A stretch of DNA of 61,491 bases, filler included, from Catajapyx aquilonaris (GCA_000934665.2; 2 parts of 2 records of this genome joined end to end with filler, not necessarily neighbours in it); one strand, 5' to 3'; numbered from the whole stretch's first letter, positions 50,901 to 61,491 are shown. Made by a program: numbers and translations. The notes: generated by a model not told the origin, from the letters alone.

Positions 50901-52700
50901 CAAGACGGCGTGCTCCACCTTCTATCGCAGGGACTTGACAATAGAGACGCAGACGCTGTTGCATGTTGTTCTCAAGTGAACGAAAATAGCCAGACCCAAA
51001 GGTACGACGCCTGCATCGTAGAATTGCTGAAATATTTCGAGTTAGACGAATCTACTAATCATTTGATCAACTCCGAAAACACTGATGGAAGAACGCCTCT
51101 GTACTACTGCATCACAAACAGAAGTGAAGACACCACTGTTGAGATGCTCTTGCACGGGGCCGATCCATGGAGAATAGACAAGGACACAGGACAGGCACTG
51201 ATAAATAACATTTCGGAATCAACATTGAATAAATATTTTGACAGATGCATTACACTGAGATCCAAATCCGGCCACAATAACCTGAAAGCCTGCGTTAATT
51301 ACCAGTTGATGAAGCCAAGAAGAAATGCGGCCGAATTCGAGATTCTGGAACATTTCAGCCAGACAAAGAAGCACAGGCCTCTCCTGAATCATCCAGTTCT
51401 CTCAACGTTCCTCTACTTCAAGATGAAGAATGTTGAGTGGTCGTTCTGGCTTAATTTTATCATGTATGCTACATTTGTCGCGTCATGGACAATCACTGTG
51501 ATTTTCCCGTTGTTCTTGCCGGAAGACGAGCAGTTTCCAATAATTCTTCGAGTTTTCTGGTGGATTTCTTTCAATTTGTGGGTTGTCATGATTATCAGAG
51601 AATTTCTTCAAATGAGTTCAGATGTTTATAGATATGTTCGTCAATGGGAAAATTTTCGTGAAACTGTTATAATTTTTACCTGTCTCCCGACTTTTTTTGG
51701 TTGGCTAAAACCTTCTTGGTTCATACATCACAGCCAGGCATTAGCCACACTCTTGATTTGGACGGAACTTGCAATGATCATGGGCAGGATGTCATACGAA
51801 TATGGCAGTTTTATGAAAATGTTTTTCGCTGCAGCGAAAAGGTACTGCACGGGTTTCCTGACACTTGGTGTCTTGATTGTTGGTTTTTGGTTCTCTTTCA
51901 TACTCCTGGACCATATGTACCCTAAACCAGGTTTTCAACGTGGCGGCTCCTTATTCTCGAGTATGGATGGATCATTCTCACTGATGGCTTCTCTTATTCG
52001 AGGGGGAACCGACTTTCAGGACTTACCATTTGCATACCTGACGATATTTGGCCTGATGTACGTATCCTTACTTATCTTCGTTGTTTTAGTTTTCATGAAT
52101 ATTCTTAATGCCTTAGCCTGCCAGGAAGCCCAAAATATCTCAAGTGAGGCAGAACTGCACAGCAAGATATCAACCATTCGGCTAATTTGTTACATAGAAG
52201 TAATGTTTTGGACCAGGTCCTTTTCTAAAAAATCGTATTCAAGTCAGTCAAATATCATACAGAAGTTTTTGAAAAAGTTAGAATGGCTGAGGCAACAGGT
52301 CATCTTCTCTCCCAAATTAAAGGGAGATGTAGTGGTGGACCTGTCCACTAGAAAGGTCACGTTTGAAATGGCGGACGGAGAGGAACGCAACTTTCCTTGG
52401 AAGCTGCCTCGTGACAAATTTGACGACCTGAAGGAATGGGTTAATCGCAATAAAGAAATAAGCGACTACATGATGGGCGTGAGCACTGGTGTATCAGCGG
52501 GAGAAGACAGTAAATCGAAATTACAAGAATTACAGTTTTCGATAGAGCAGTTGAAATATAATTTGAAGAAAGAGACGTCAACGATGAAAGATGAATTGTT
52601 CGAACTAAAAGACAGTATGAGGGTGTTAACAGAAGCTGTAATGGCCATAAATGAGAAAATGTCCAGAAGTGAAGAAGGACCTGTACAAAGCACAAGTTAA
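47961..52700 (+). CDS. TRPA-family (painless-like) ankyrin-repeat cation channel, copy 3, 1579 aa, single coding exon
   Basis: Uninterrupted ORF, collinear with and highly similar to copy 2, with the same ankyrin, pre-S1, TM and coiled-coil features. Confidence 0.9.
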   Translation: MNTSKQPQSEDMELKDLSERASLKSDDVPQGKDDTIIIPIETQQGEDDEREIIKEATRLLKQGFKDRKELTEMLFEVIRVADEPELVEEFLTIKDGVDVNAVGDKGWTLLHATGHFSRDQTQNMLLDRKASVNVTNDDGCTALHYIGTKEGAESLIKAKASVHAKDRCGETPLFVAVRSKNWEVAKVFLDTDATCIEEVNRDGMTVLHVAVKECRGWTDERLIDRLKRGGETEDEKQERLKREQEHFKKENYMIKLLIRYCRNMSVIQNEAGNTPVHLAAALGRKDIMEKLLSSSAPNNYYVALWTHNNAGRTPLHLAAMSGNLDLLDLWENCPRPSVTTRMSRWFGIGTLHSLTSHEEDIASSLAGWSAEKKKCDFLIQENDPTHTELKTKLTELKIAVAELFTELKTEVTHTDNETMITELPKLRTEISEREKKLTTLQTELKTKLTEFKTKITKLKTEVQTGATEVQTGASEVQTGATEVQTGATEAQTGATEVQTGATEVQTGATEVQTGASEVQTGASEVQTGATEVQFCCSCLQFCCPCLKTGANELQTVVTALQTGATEMVSELATALTKFKTEITDLETELETEVTNLEKVLTASTELLSEGSMLETEIISNYKSTLKANVTELEAKCVTKLTELDNKLLEPERCTDNAKESMRNLWYPAKDLEGNTALHLAVRHGQKDMAQELMTRGMKDTPNKHGDRALHVAVTEGHLDVVQGLLEFQVGTDNQQYRHNARNTDGCTPLHIAARSGRKDMVEVLLRQKYVMINAKNWNGATPLHEAVVNKHEDVARVLIQHWGDLECRVDGISTEYLIMEQFSGLLDSITQLTFDKLCPRNDLTAALYIERPHVLKEILETSKKSLDEIKEHLAKVKLQLAEETEQLEDEELLKKQKELQEKEKEIHQQLNRDISSSYLLERASVLGLESCVEELRSNSHIIKNVNERGNKWLTQAASWGRYEILMRDMKGLKDLCTKRKQDGVLHLLSQGLDNRDADAVACCSQVNENSQTQRYDACIVELLKYFELDESTNHLINSENTDGRTPLYYCITNRSEDTTVEMLLHGADPWRIDKDTGQALINNISESTLNKYFDRCITLRSKSGHNNLKACVNYQLMKPRRNAAEFEILEHFSQTKKHRPLLNHPVLSTFLYFKMKNVEWSFWLNFIMYATFVASWTITVIFPLFLPEDEQFPIILRVFWWISFNLWVVMIIREFLQMSSDVYRYVRQWENFRETVIIFTCLPTFFGWLKPSWFIHHSQALATLLIWTELAMIMGRMSYEYGSFMKMFFAAAKRYCTGFLTLGVLIVGFWFSFILLDHMYPKPGFQRGGSLFSSMDGSFSLMASLIRGGTDFQDLPFAYLTIFGLMYVSLLIFVVLVFMNILNALACQEAQNISSEAELHSKISTIRLICYIEVMFWTRSFSKKSYSSQSNIIQKFLKKLEWLRQQVIFSPKLKGDVVVDLSTRKVTFEMADGEERNFPWKLPRDKFDDLKEWVNRNKEISDYMMGVSTGVSAGEDSKSKLQELQFSIEQLKYNLKKETSTMKDELFELKDSMRVLTEAVMAINEKMSRSEEGPVQSTS
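49338..49559 (+). repeat. 21-bp coding minisatellite, about 10.5 copies ([T/S]EVQTGA)
   Basis: Tandem ACTGAAGTGCAAACAGGGGCA units, followed by two inverted units. Confidence 0.95.
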
Positions 52701-52724
52701 AGCAAGTTACTTACAAGTTAGAGT

Positions 52725-53282
52725 AGGGGGTGATACAGGAAAATGAAATATTACTAAAATTTAATTTGACATTTACCTGCACCAAATCCTTACATATACC
52801 TGTGCCCCCAATCCAAATCAGCACATTTCGAATTATTTTTCTCCACAGTATCATCCAGCAAGTTCAACCACGAAAACTGGCCAGCATTCGCTTCCATTAA
52901 TAAGCAAATTATTAAAAAATTATAAAATGTTAACCTATACAGGGATAATAACCTATTAATACAGTACAGTATATGGAAATAAAATGTGACTAAAAATTCA
53001 ATTTAACATTTATCTTCACCAAATCCTTACAATCATGTTGTACCTATGCCTCCAATCCACCTCTGCACGTTTGGAATACCCTAGTTGTTTTTATGCATTA
53101 CAGTATCACCGAGAAAATTTATACCAAAAAACCGGCCAGCACTCATGTCCGTCAATAGCCGGAGGCAACCATTATTCTGCAGGAAACTTTTAAGTCAACT
53201 GCCTTAGAAAAAGGGGTTGAAAATCCAGCAGAATTTCGATGTACTCCCAGTCTTTTTTCTTTGCTTTCTCGGTTGATATTCC
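52725..53282 (+). repeat. Local duplication of the TRPA 3' flank
   Basis: About 52725-52910 and about 52940-53160 repeat the same GAAATAAAA...CACCAAATCCTTAC...GGCCAGCA block. The block is homologous to 43987-44292 and 35762-35880. Confidence 0.7.
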
Positions 53283-55511
53283 GAAAGGGTTACGATTTTA
53301 CGCCCTTTTGCCTCCACTTTAATAATTCAGGAAGAAAAAAGGGAAGTCCATCTGGAATGTAACTCACTTTTTCTACGGGGGAAAAATGCCTGATAAATTT
53401 TTCCGCCGAAAAAATAAGGCATTACAGGTCACCCAAATCTATTTATCTAATGTTTCTCTCCCAAAAAATCAATGCACTGAGAGTTAAAAACTAATTCACT
53501 ATCGGCTTTCCGGTGTATTTAATAAACCACAATATTACTGATAGCCATAATAATTCACTAATGTTGATATATATTCAGCAGATAATATTTCTCTGGCAGT
53601 CAAGCAATCTATTTCATATAAATCGCAATTAAATTGCCCCAAACAGTTTGTGTTATTATAAATCAGACTGGATAATTACGTGTCACATAGCTGCCCGTGT
53701 TAGTTTTCAATAATTATAAACCCTGACCTCGATTATGTATAGATCCATGTCTCCAATTTGCCAAACTCTTTCTCCAGACATGCTCTACACCGAATAGAAA
53801 GCTGGTAGCTTTAGGTTAATTAGATTACCCCATTCCACCCCACCCCATCCTCCCACCCTCTCTTTGGTCTTGTAATTAAGGCCATGTTGAAACTGTGGCT
53901 TCTCAAAAAAAGAACGTCTGTTTGGAACGTGCTCTGACCCTTCAATGTGTCTCTGGTCTTAATGGCTGCCTCGATTTGCACCTAAGTCCCTCTAGAATTC
54001 CTCTTTTCTACTTTTAATTCTCTTGCTTCAGCTTCCCTCCGGAGAGAAGACCATTTTGTCTCTGAGGAATTTGGTAAAAGTTAAAAATTGGAAAATGGCG
54101 AATGAGAAAAAGAAACTGCTTATTCATGAAACAATCATATCCTTAGTTGGATTGCGACCTAATGAGCAACTTAACCCTATTTAAAATGAAGATGAGTGTA
54201 ACGACATCTGTTATCGACACCTTCTAAAAGAGTTGTTCCACATTTCAAAAAAACAAGCCCTGTTACTTAGACGCAAAACCGGAGCCTAAACTCTGTCAGA
54301 ACCAGGAAATATTCATCGGCATTTCTCACGCCTCGCTTCACCGCCAAGTGTTTGAAAGCCTCCGAGTAAAAGCCCGTTAATTAATCAAATATTCCCTCCC
54401 TCCTCCTCCTCCATACCCTCCTCCCTCCAAACTGCCAGCAAAGTGGCTGAATATTCACTGGAGCCGGCAGCTAAGTGTTAGGCAAGACGAATTCCTCCGT
54501 CAATAAAGGCAGGTTAAGTTTGCCTCGATGTCACGAGGTGTCCCTGAGAAGGACTCTGTTTGGGAATAATTAGACTGAGAGAGGGCGATGTCGTACTAAT
54601 AAATTTTGGAAAATGATGACGTCAGGATGATCTCTTGGAAAATGATGATTGTCATTATTGATTCTTTTTAAACACATTATTGTACAGTACAATACGTTTT
54701 AAAATTGGAGCATGTTGATTAATGCACAACCTGTGTCAAAAATAAATAAATTCAAAACCAGTTTTTGATAAGCAGAATTAATTATCCGATCAGAGTTGCG
54801 TCACGATCGTTATCAAAGTTATTCCCTGCCTAATTGACACCTAATAATTTAAAACGGCCTCGTTGGCCAAAAACGCATCAGCATAGTGCCGCGTTAAAAT
54901 GCGATTAATTTACATCGGCTAGCGTAATTGTTTCTGTCATCGCGTTTTCATGCCCTCTCACAACCAATGGGGGTGGCCTAAGTAAATAAATGAACATCCA
55001 AGCATGTCTAACGCACTGAATAGTGTAATAAACTGGATCTAATCAATGAGGTGATTAATCTACATTCATTTTAAAACCGCCCCTGTTTGCAAAACTATCG
55101 CTGGATGGGTGTGGACATCCAAGCGGTCAGGAATGTACGCATAATAATTCGCCTCCCGGTTTTACCTGCACCCATGAAGTGTCCTAATTGCAAACGCGAT
55201 GAAACCCTTGATGAATAGCCTAAGTGATGGGCTCGTGTAGTACATGAAAGTGCTCTCGGCTACACGGAAACAAGCGACTCATGACGTTGATGCATAATCA
55301 GTGCAGAGGGAGCTTGCCAACAAACTACACACAGCAACAGCACAGAGTAGTTAGAGTCAAGTTTATATAGTATAGTTTGTTAAATTTTGCCCATTTATAG
55401 TGATTTTCCTATCTTTAAATTAAGATCGCCATTTTTTCAGGCCGCCTAACCTAACATAACCCTAACCGAACCAACTCAATACAACATAATTATGAAGGAT
55501 TCGCTGGGATG

Positions 55512-55566
55512 GGTTAGGTTAGGTTAGGTTAGGTTAGGTTAGGTTAGGTTAGGTTAGGTTAGGTTA
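55512..55566. repeat. Interstitial (TTAGG)n tract, 11 units
   Basis: Perfect (GGTTA)11; TTAGG is the widespread arthropod telomere repeat. Degenerate CCTAA units lie at 55445-55472. Confidence 0.9.
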
Positions 55567-55907
55567 CCATCCCTGCGAATCCTCCAAACATTAGCATATA
55601 ACCTGTTCTGGCACTAAGCTTAATCAACCCAACCAATTTCCTTTGATCCGAACTGGGCGTATCTTAACCTCGAATCTGGCGGTTTCAAGATTATAGTCCC
55701 AACTTCCAACCCACGAAGGAAGTTGAGGGTGACAAAGAGTAATGAGGGCAGACGGAAGTGGCCACTACTACATCCTTTTGAATCTTCCAATTTACAATCT
55801 GGGTCTACACTATCACACTTCCGACAACTACTTTTTTTGCCCTCTGCTTCCAAACCGAGATATAGCAAGGTGGGTTAGAGGTTGACAATAGTGTTGGACT
55901 TGGAAGT

Positions 55908-58900
55908 ATGGCTTACACTAGTTACAGCGAGTATTACAAGGATTTGTTGGCATTGTTGCGAAGAGAGCCTGATGCCAAGTGGAAGGAAGAAGACACACCA
56001 GATGGTGCAGGTGAAGGTAATTATTGTTGTATTTTTTCGCAATTTAATTGAATTAATAACCGAAATTAAGTTTAATTATTTATTAATTAAGCCTTTTGAA
56101 ACATTTACATTGTTGAATATTAACTAGTTTCAGGCCAGTTCTACCCAATCACATCTGATTTGGGAACCTTCAAGACTAATTCAATTACACGGTTTTAATA
56201 ACCCCCAGCGTCATCATATCACATGATTTATCTAGCCCTGACCTTTTTCCATCCTCCATTTTTGATATTCCATTTCAAACCCACGTACTTTGAACTCTGG
56301 CGGACTTAATTATTAATTCCTCATATCAGCAATGTCGTGTAGTTAGGCTAGGGGGGTGTCTATGTACAGTGGCTGGAAGGTCGTAAAATAGCAGGAAAGC
56401 CCAGAGTTTGTAGCTCCCTAGAGGTCTACATCTAGAGCCCGATAGTCTGCTCGTAAAGGGACTATTGCATCGCCTTACTCACCGCCGGCCCAATTATTAA
56501 GTGAATTATAGACCCAGCGCCTATCAGGTATGCACAAGTCGTAATGCAGGGAGGGCCTAAGAGTGTGTGTAGGAAATTAAGGGACGGGCTTTAACGAGTT
56601 GGTTCAACCCAAGCCCAACCAGGCAAAGGCAGGTCCGGGGGGCAACTCCAGGAAAAATTAAATAATAAAGGTTAGCACGCCTGACTAATTTCGACTGGAA
56701 AGCTGGAGGAAATTATTGCATTTCAGAGGAGATTAATTGTTGAAAATACTATTATGTTCAGCAGAAAATATATAAAAATTAATATTATCATAGTTTATAA
56801 AAGGCAAAGTTTGTTTGTTTAATGTTTGAATATTTTCAGAGCCCGATTCGTCATCTGAGAATGACCTACAAGTGGATGTGGTCCATTTCTATCCTGTAGA
56901 AAACGCTCGTCGCCACAAGACATCTAAGTTTGAACTGGTCCAGGATACGAACCCGGTACCGATCTTCCGGAGAGGAAATCCTTTCTACGTAGTCATTCGC
57001 TTCAAGACTCGAAACTACGACTCTTCGAAGGATCATCTCCGCATATTTTTTGATTACGGTATATACATTTCAACCATTGATTTCCCCTTCCTTTGAAATG
57101 GTGGGGGGAAGGAGAGAATAAATAAATATGGAGAAGTGGGAGGAGAAAAAGACGCTTCGTCTTGCCAGAACATTTGCGGATGTCAACCGCAGATAAAAAT
57201 TTGAAATTCTTCCAAAAAAAAAAAAACATTTTCTTCCCTAACACCCATTCAAGTTTTCATCTTACCCTCCATTTCACTTTTCGTTTTCTTAAAGGACGAA
57301 GATAGTTTGGTTGGATTTCCCTCGAGTCCCATTCCTTCCATTTCCCACCATATTTGCTGAGAATGTTTGTCTCTGATCTGAATGCGGAAGTGGAATCAAA
57401 ATCCCATTTTTTTTTACCCCAAATGTTTGTATTCAAACCAATATGGCCGCTTTTTGTTCCAGGAGCAACACCAAGTCCAATCAAGGGCACCAGAGCTGCT
57501 TTAAAAGTCACTGGAAGCTTCACATTTCCGAGGGATGATGGGAAATGGGCTGTTCGTCAACATGGATCCGGTTCTAACACCACCACATTGGAGGTCAGTG
57601 AAAAAACTGGTCGTAAAGTCGCGGAAAAGAACTCAGGAACTTCGCGGAAATGAGTAAGGTAGCAGACCCGCTATAATTAGTCTCCAAGAGAGGTTCGCCC
57701 TGGAGCTTCAAGTCCGCTACCATACTCCTTGGAGTACTGAGAGTACATTACCCTCATGATTACCTCATTCATGTCATCCACCTGCAGTCGCAGAAATGAG
57801 TAAGGTGGCAGAAATGAGTAAGACCTTACTCATTTCTGCCAACAAATGAGTAAGGTAGCAGACCTGAAGCTCAAATTAGCCTCCAACAGAGGCGATCATC
57901 CATCTACCTCACTAGCTATAGGCTAAATTGATCTTCAGGTCTGCTACCTTACTCATTTGGTAGCAGAAGTGACTAAGGTTTTACTCATTTAGGCCACCTT
58001 ACTATTTTTTTTCTAACTTACTCATTGTTGGAGGCTAATTTGAGCTTCAGGTCTGCTACTTACTGACTCATTTCCGCGACTGCAGGTGGATGTAGTGAAT
58101 GAGGCAATCTTGAGGGTAAGGTCTAGAGAGGGGATAGCCTCTCTTGGAGGCTAATTTGAGCTTCAGGTCTGCTACCTTACTCATGTCCACGCGACTGTAC
58201 ATGGTTAAAGGGTGTTCCACCTTTAAGAAGAACAGTTCAATTTTTCTTCCTCCGTCTTCCAAGCGCTACAAAAAAAATGGTGTCAAGTATGTACCTCCAC
58301 TCTTTTGGCTCCCTCGTTTCTATCTCGAAAATCCTGTCTCCTCACGCCTTCGGATCTGATCACATCGACACGATATTGTCCTCGACAAAAGCTTGGATCG
58401 ATTCTCTACAAAAAAAAAAAAAAAAAAAAAANAAAAAAAAAAAACGGAAAAAAAAGAAAAAAGGCCGAGAAAGTACAAGAGGAGGAAGAAAAGGAACGAT
58501 GAATCCGGTTCCAAATATGGAGGAGCTTTTCCATGTTTGTGTTTGTAAATCCGACCATTTTTTCCCCCAGGTCCGAATCCCGGCCGATACGATGGTTGGA
58601 GTATGGCGATGCAAAGTTGAGACTGGTCGTAAAGATGGAGGATCTGAGAAAAAGATGCGGTTTCATAGTTGTCCCGAGGTTATTTACGTGCTGTTTAACC
58701 CATGGAGCAGAGGTAATCTAGACGATAAGGAGGTTTAATAATAAATCGCTTTACAACAATATTGGCTTCAGAGTGATCCAGTTAAAAATAAATCACTGAA
58801 CAATAATGCGCTTCTAATTTCCACTAGATGACCTGGTGTTCATGGAAGAGGAAAAACTTCTGGATGAATACCTTTTGTCTGACGTGGGAAAGATATGGGT

Positions 58901-61154
58901 CGGACCACATGGGTCATCTCGAGGTCGACAGTGGATCTACGGTCAGTACGACGACGACGCCCTTCCGACGACCATGCTTCTATTGGAAAACTCGTTCCTT
59001 CCCTTCGACGCCAGAGGAAACCCGGTGCAAATCGTGCGAGCCTTGACCCGTGTGGTCAACTCACCTGACGACAACGGTGTTGTCGAAGGTCGTTGGGACG
59101 GCGAGTACGATGACGGTACGGCCCCTGCTGCCTGGACAGGAAGCGCGCCCATACTGGAAGAATACCTGAAGACAGAAAAGCCGGTCAAGTACGGCCAATG
59201 TTGGGTATTCGCTGGTGTTCTAACTACAGGTTAGTAACGAAACGTGACCGATAACGCGAAACTTACGCATATTTAATTTGCTTGGAAGCGGTACGTTTAT
59301 GCCTCGCCTCCGACAGATGTCTCTCTCGGGAAATGCCTCTAAACCCCGATTCCTCCAGTTTAATACCATGGCAACCGCCGTAGTGTAATTTCCTCTCGGT
59401 ATTTTCGCAATTTTTTTTCGCAAGAAGCGCAATAAACAGCCGCAGTCGTTCAATCTTGGCCTGGACTATTTTATGGCGCGCAATATTGTGTTTAGCTAAG
59501 TTGAAGGAGGCTGCGAATGACTCGTTACCTCCCGGTTCATGTCCAGTCGTAAACTCAGCTCTTGCCACTTGATTCGATATGGGAGGGGCTTGTTTACTCG
59601 GAATAACTTGAGCATGACGTCACTGTAACCAACGCGCACATGGCAGCCATCTTGGTGTCAGATTACGCGACGCGCTCCCCGATGATTGCATGGCATTAGG
59701 AGTCCAAAAATGACTTTCGGACGCTTTTGGAGCCGAAAAATGACGAGAGTGATTCGAGTCGACTTTTTTTCTCATTGCCAAATTAAAATCGGACAACAAC
59801 GACATAGAATGTTAGTCTCACTTCCTGTTGCCTGTAAACGTGACCCGCCGGAAAACCGGACGTTTACCATGAAACATATTTGGGCCACACTGAATCCGAA
59901 TCAGAAAACCGTTTGTCGCTTGCGGCTGAGGCCCTGATACCTGTCCATAGAGCAATTCTATGACTGTTTTTTGTATAGAAAATGCCTAAAATGACCTGCT
60001 TATTCCAGTGTGTCGTGCTTTGGGCATACCGTCCCGTACGGTGTCCAACCTGGTGTCCGCCCATGATGCCAACCTGTCCCTGACTGTGGACAAGTATTTC
60101 GACATATTCAGCGAAGAGCTTGATTTTGACCCACACAATCCGCACTATAACAAGGACTCCATATGGAACTTCCATGTGTGGTCAGAGGTTTACATGGCTC
60201 GACCTGACCTCCCAAAAGGTTACGGAGGTTGGCAGTGTATCGATGCAACTCCTCAGGAGCAAAGTGAGGGTTTCTACCAATGTGGACCTGCATCGGTGGA
60301 GGCGGTCAAACGAGGTGAGGTCGGATTAGTATACGACGTGCCCTTTGTACTAGCGGAGGTCAACGCTGACCTGGTCAGATGGAAGGAAGACCCTGAGTCG
60401 GATCTAGGCTTCAGCAAAATGGACAGTAACAAATACCAGTCAGTACATTTTGTAATTGGTAATTTTGACCAAAATTTGACCCCATATGATTTTCAGCATT
60501 GGCCGGATGATTTTGACCAAAAAACCTGGGGTATTCGACGCACGGGGTGAGAACGACCGTGAAGACATTACGGATAACTACAAAGGCAAAGAAGGTCAGT
60601 TTGAATTGTTGAATAATAAAGGTCATATTTAACCATCCAACAATATAACAGGAACCCATACTGAACGACTGGCTCTGTATAATGCCGTGAAAGGAACAGC
60701 TCGAGCGAAGCGATTCTTCGAGTTCCCTTCGTCCATTGAAAAGGACGTGGACTTTGACCTTTTGGACATCGACCGAATCCCTCTGGGCCAACCCTTTTAC
60801 ATAGTGGTCGACATTCATGTAAGCTATAAATGAGAGCGAAGCGAGTGATTCTCTATGCCCGAGAATAGACAAATGAGAGCGAAGCGAGGGGGGTTTTCTG
60901 GTAGAAAATTTTATACTAGAAAAACCCTCGCTTCGCTCTCATTTGTCTAGTTCTCATGTATAGAAAATCACTCGCTTCGCTCCCGTTCTTTGATACGATA
61001 TGACGATGATGACATTTTGTTTCATTGCAGAACCAGTCACCGTCGTCTCGTAAGGTGCATGTTGACATGGTTGCAAAAAGTGTGTACTACACTGGTGTCA
61101 AAGGTAATTCCATCAAAAGGCAGCATGGAGACTTCACTATTGGAGCTAATTCAC
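55908..61154 (+). CDS. Tg: Transglutaminase (hemocyte protein-glutamine gamma-glutamyltransferase/annulin family); continues beyond the window
   Basis: Phase-consistent exons 55908-56016, 56840-57058, 57463-57593, 58571-58712, 58828-59229, 60009-60438, 60497-60594, 60652-60818 and 61031-61154. Motifs include FRRG, LFNPW, catalytic Cys in YGQCWVFAGV, His in WNFHVW and Asp in WQCIDATPQE. The first exon is less certain. Confidence 0.93.
57617..58197. mobile_element. Foldback-like palindromic element in transglutaminase intron 3
   Basis: Multiple ATGAGTAAGGTAGCAGACC units on the left and their reverse complements on the right; the right end is CGCGACTG-TA. Confidence 0.7.
60829..60987. repeat. 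Palindromic MITE-like element in transglutaminase intron 8
   Basis: Two GAGAGCGAAGCGAG units are mirrored by two CTCGCTTCGCTC units; arms of about 75 bp pair nearly end to end. Confidence 0.8.
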
Positions 61155-61399
61155 GTGAGTTGGGCCAGGTGGCAGCATCTTCTTTTAACCCTCCTCTTCC
61201 GGGCAGCCCGGAAACACTCTCCAGATAATTTGCGTGCCCCGCATCGATTCAAACCCAGAAGACATCAGAGATCAGATAGTCTATATAGAGAACAAGGATG
61301 CATCGGGGTGTCCTAAATGGGCAAACAAACAAACAAATTATACACATACAGTATATATATATATCCCCATATATATATAAAGCTCAAAATTTATATATA

Positions 61400-61491
61400 C
61401 AGGGTGTTTATTGTAACTCTGCAAAGACTTTCAGGGGTAATAGAGGGGACCAATACAAGTATTTTTGACATAGGAACCCGTGTCCGGAAAC
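61400..61491. mobile_element. Left end of a Tc1/mariner-type element, truncated by the window
   Basis: TA-CAGGGTG terminus after a TA-rich run, the same terminus type as 1169; the other end is not visible. Confidence 0.5.

Noticed and set aside
56460..56650. Twister/HDV-like ribozyme candidate in a GC-rich intronic patch
   Set aside because: I could not assemble the required stems and pseudoknots by eye; a covariance-model search would be needed.

Overview
Eukaryotic genomic DNA with GT-AG introns, most likely from an arthropod (inferred from an ionotropic receptor, painless-type TRPA channels, a Tret1-type sugar porter, a hemocyte-type transglutaminase and a TTAGG tract). From left to right it holds: the 3' exons of TBC1D31/WDR67 (+), with a TE-packed intron containing a nested SINE/hAT/Tigger/SINE insertion; a small single-pass PY-motif membrane protein (-) with a Commissureless-like GLPSYEAAL motif; a divergent 6-exon sugar porter (+); a 2-exon divergent ionotropic receptor (-); an artificial 100-nt scaffold linker at 30639-30738, so adjacency across it is unproven; a tandem array of three TRPA (painless-like) genes with single coding exons, the first broken by a 5-nt deletion; and the first nine coding exons of a transglutaminase (+). 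The most unusual feature is the TRPA array. Each ankyrin domain is interrupted at the same place by a repeat-built coiled-coil-like insert of 96, 230 or 296 aa. In copy 3, two inverted repeat units write a 6-cysteine cluster in frame. All three copies lack the usual acidic residue after the pore-filter glycine. All family assignments come from motif recognition by eye; no database searches were run.
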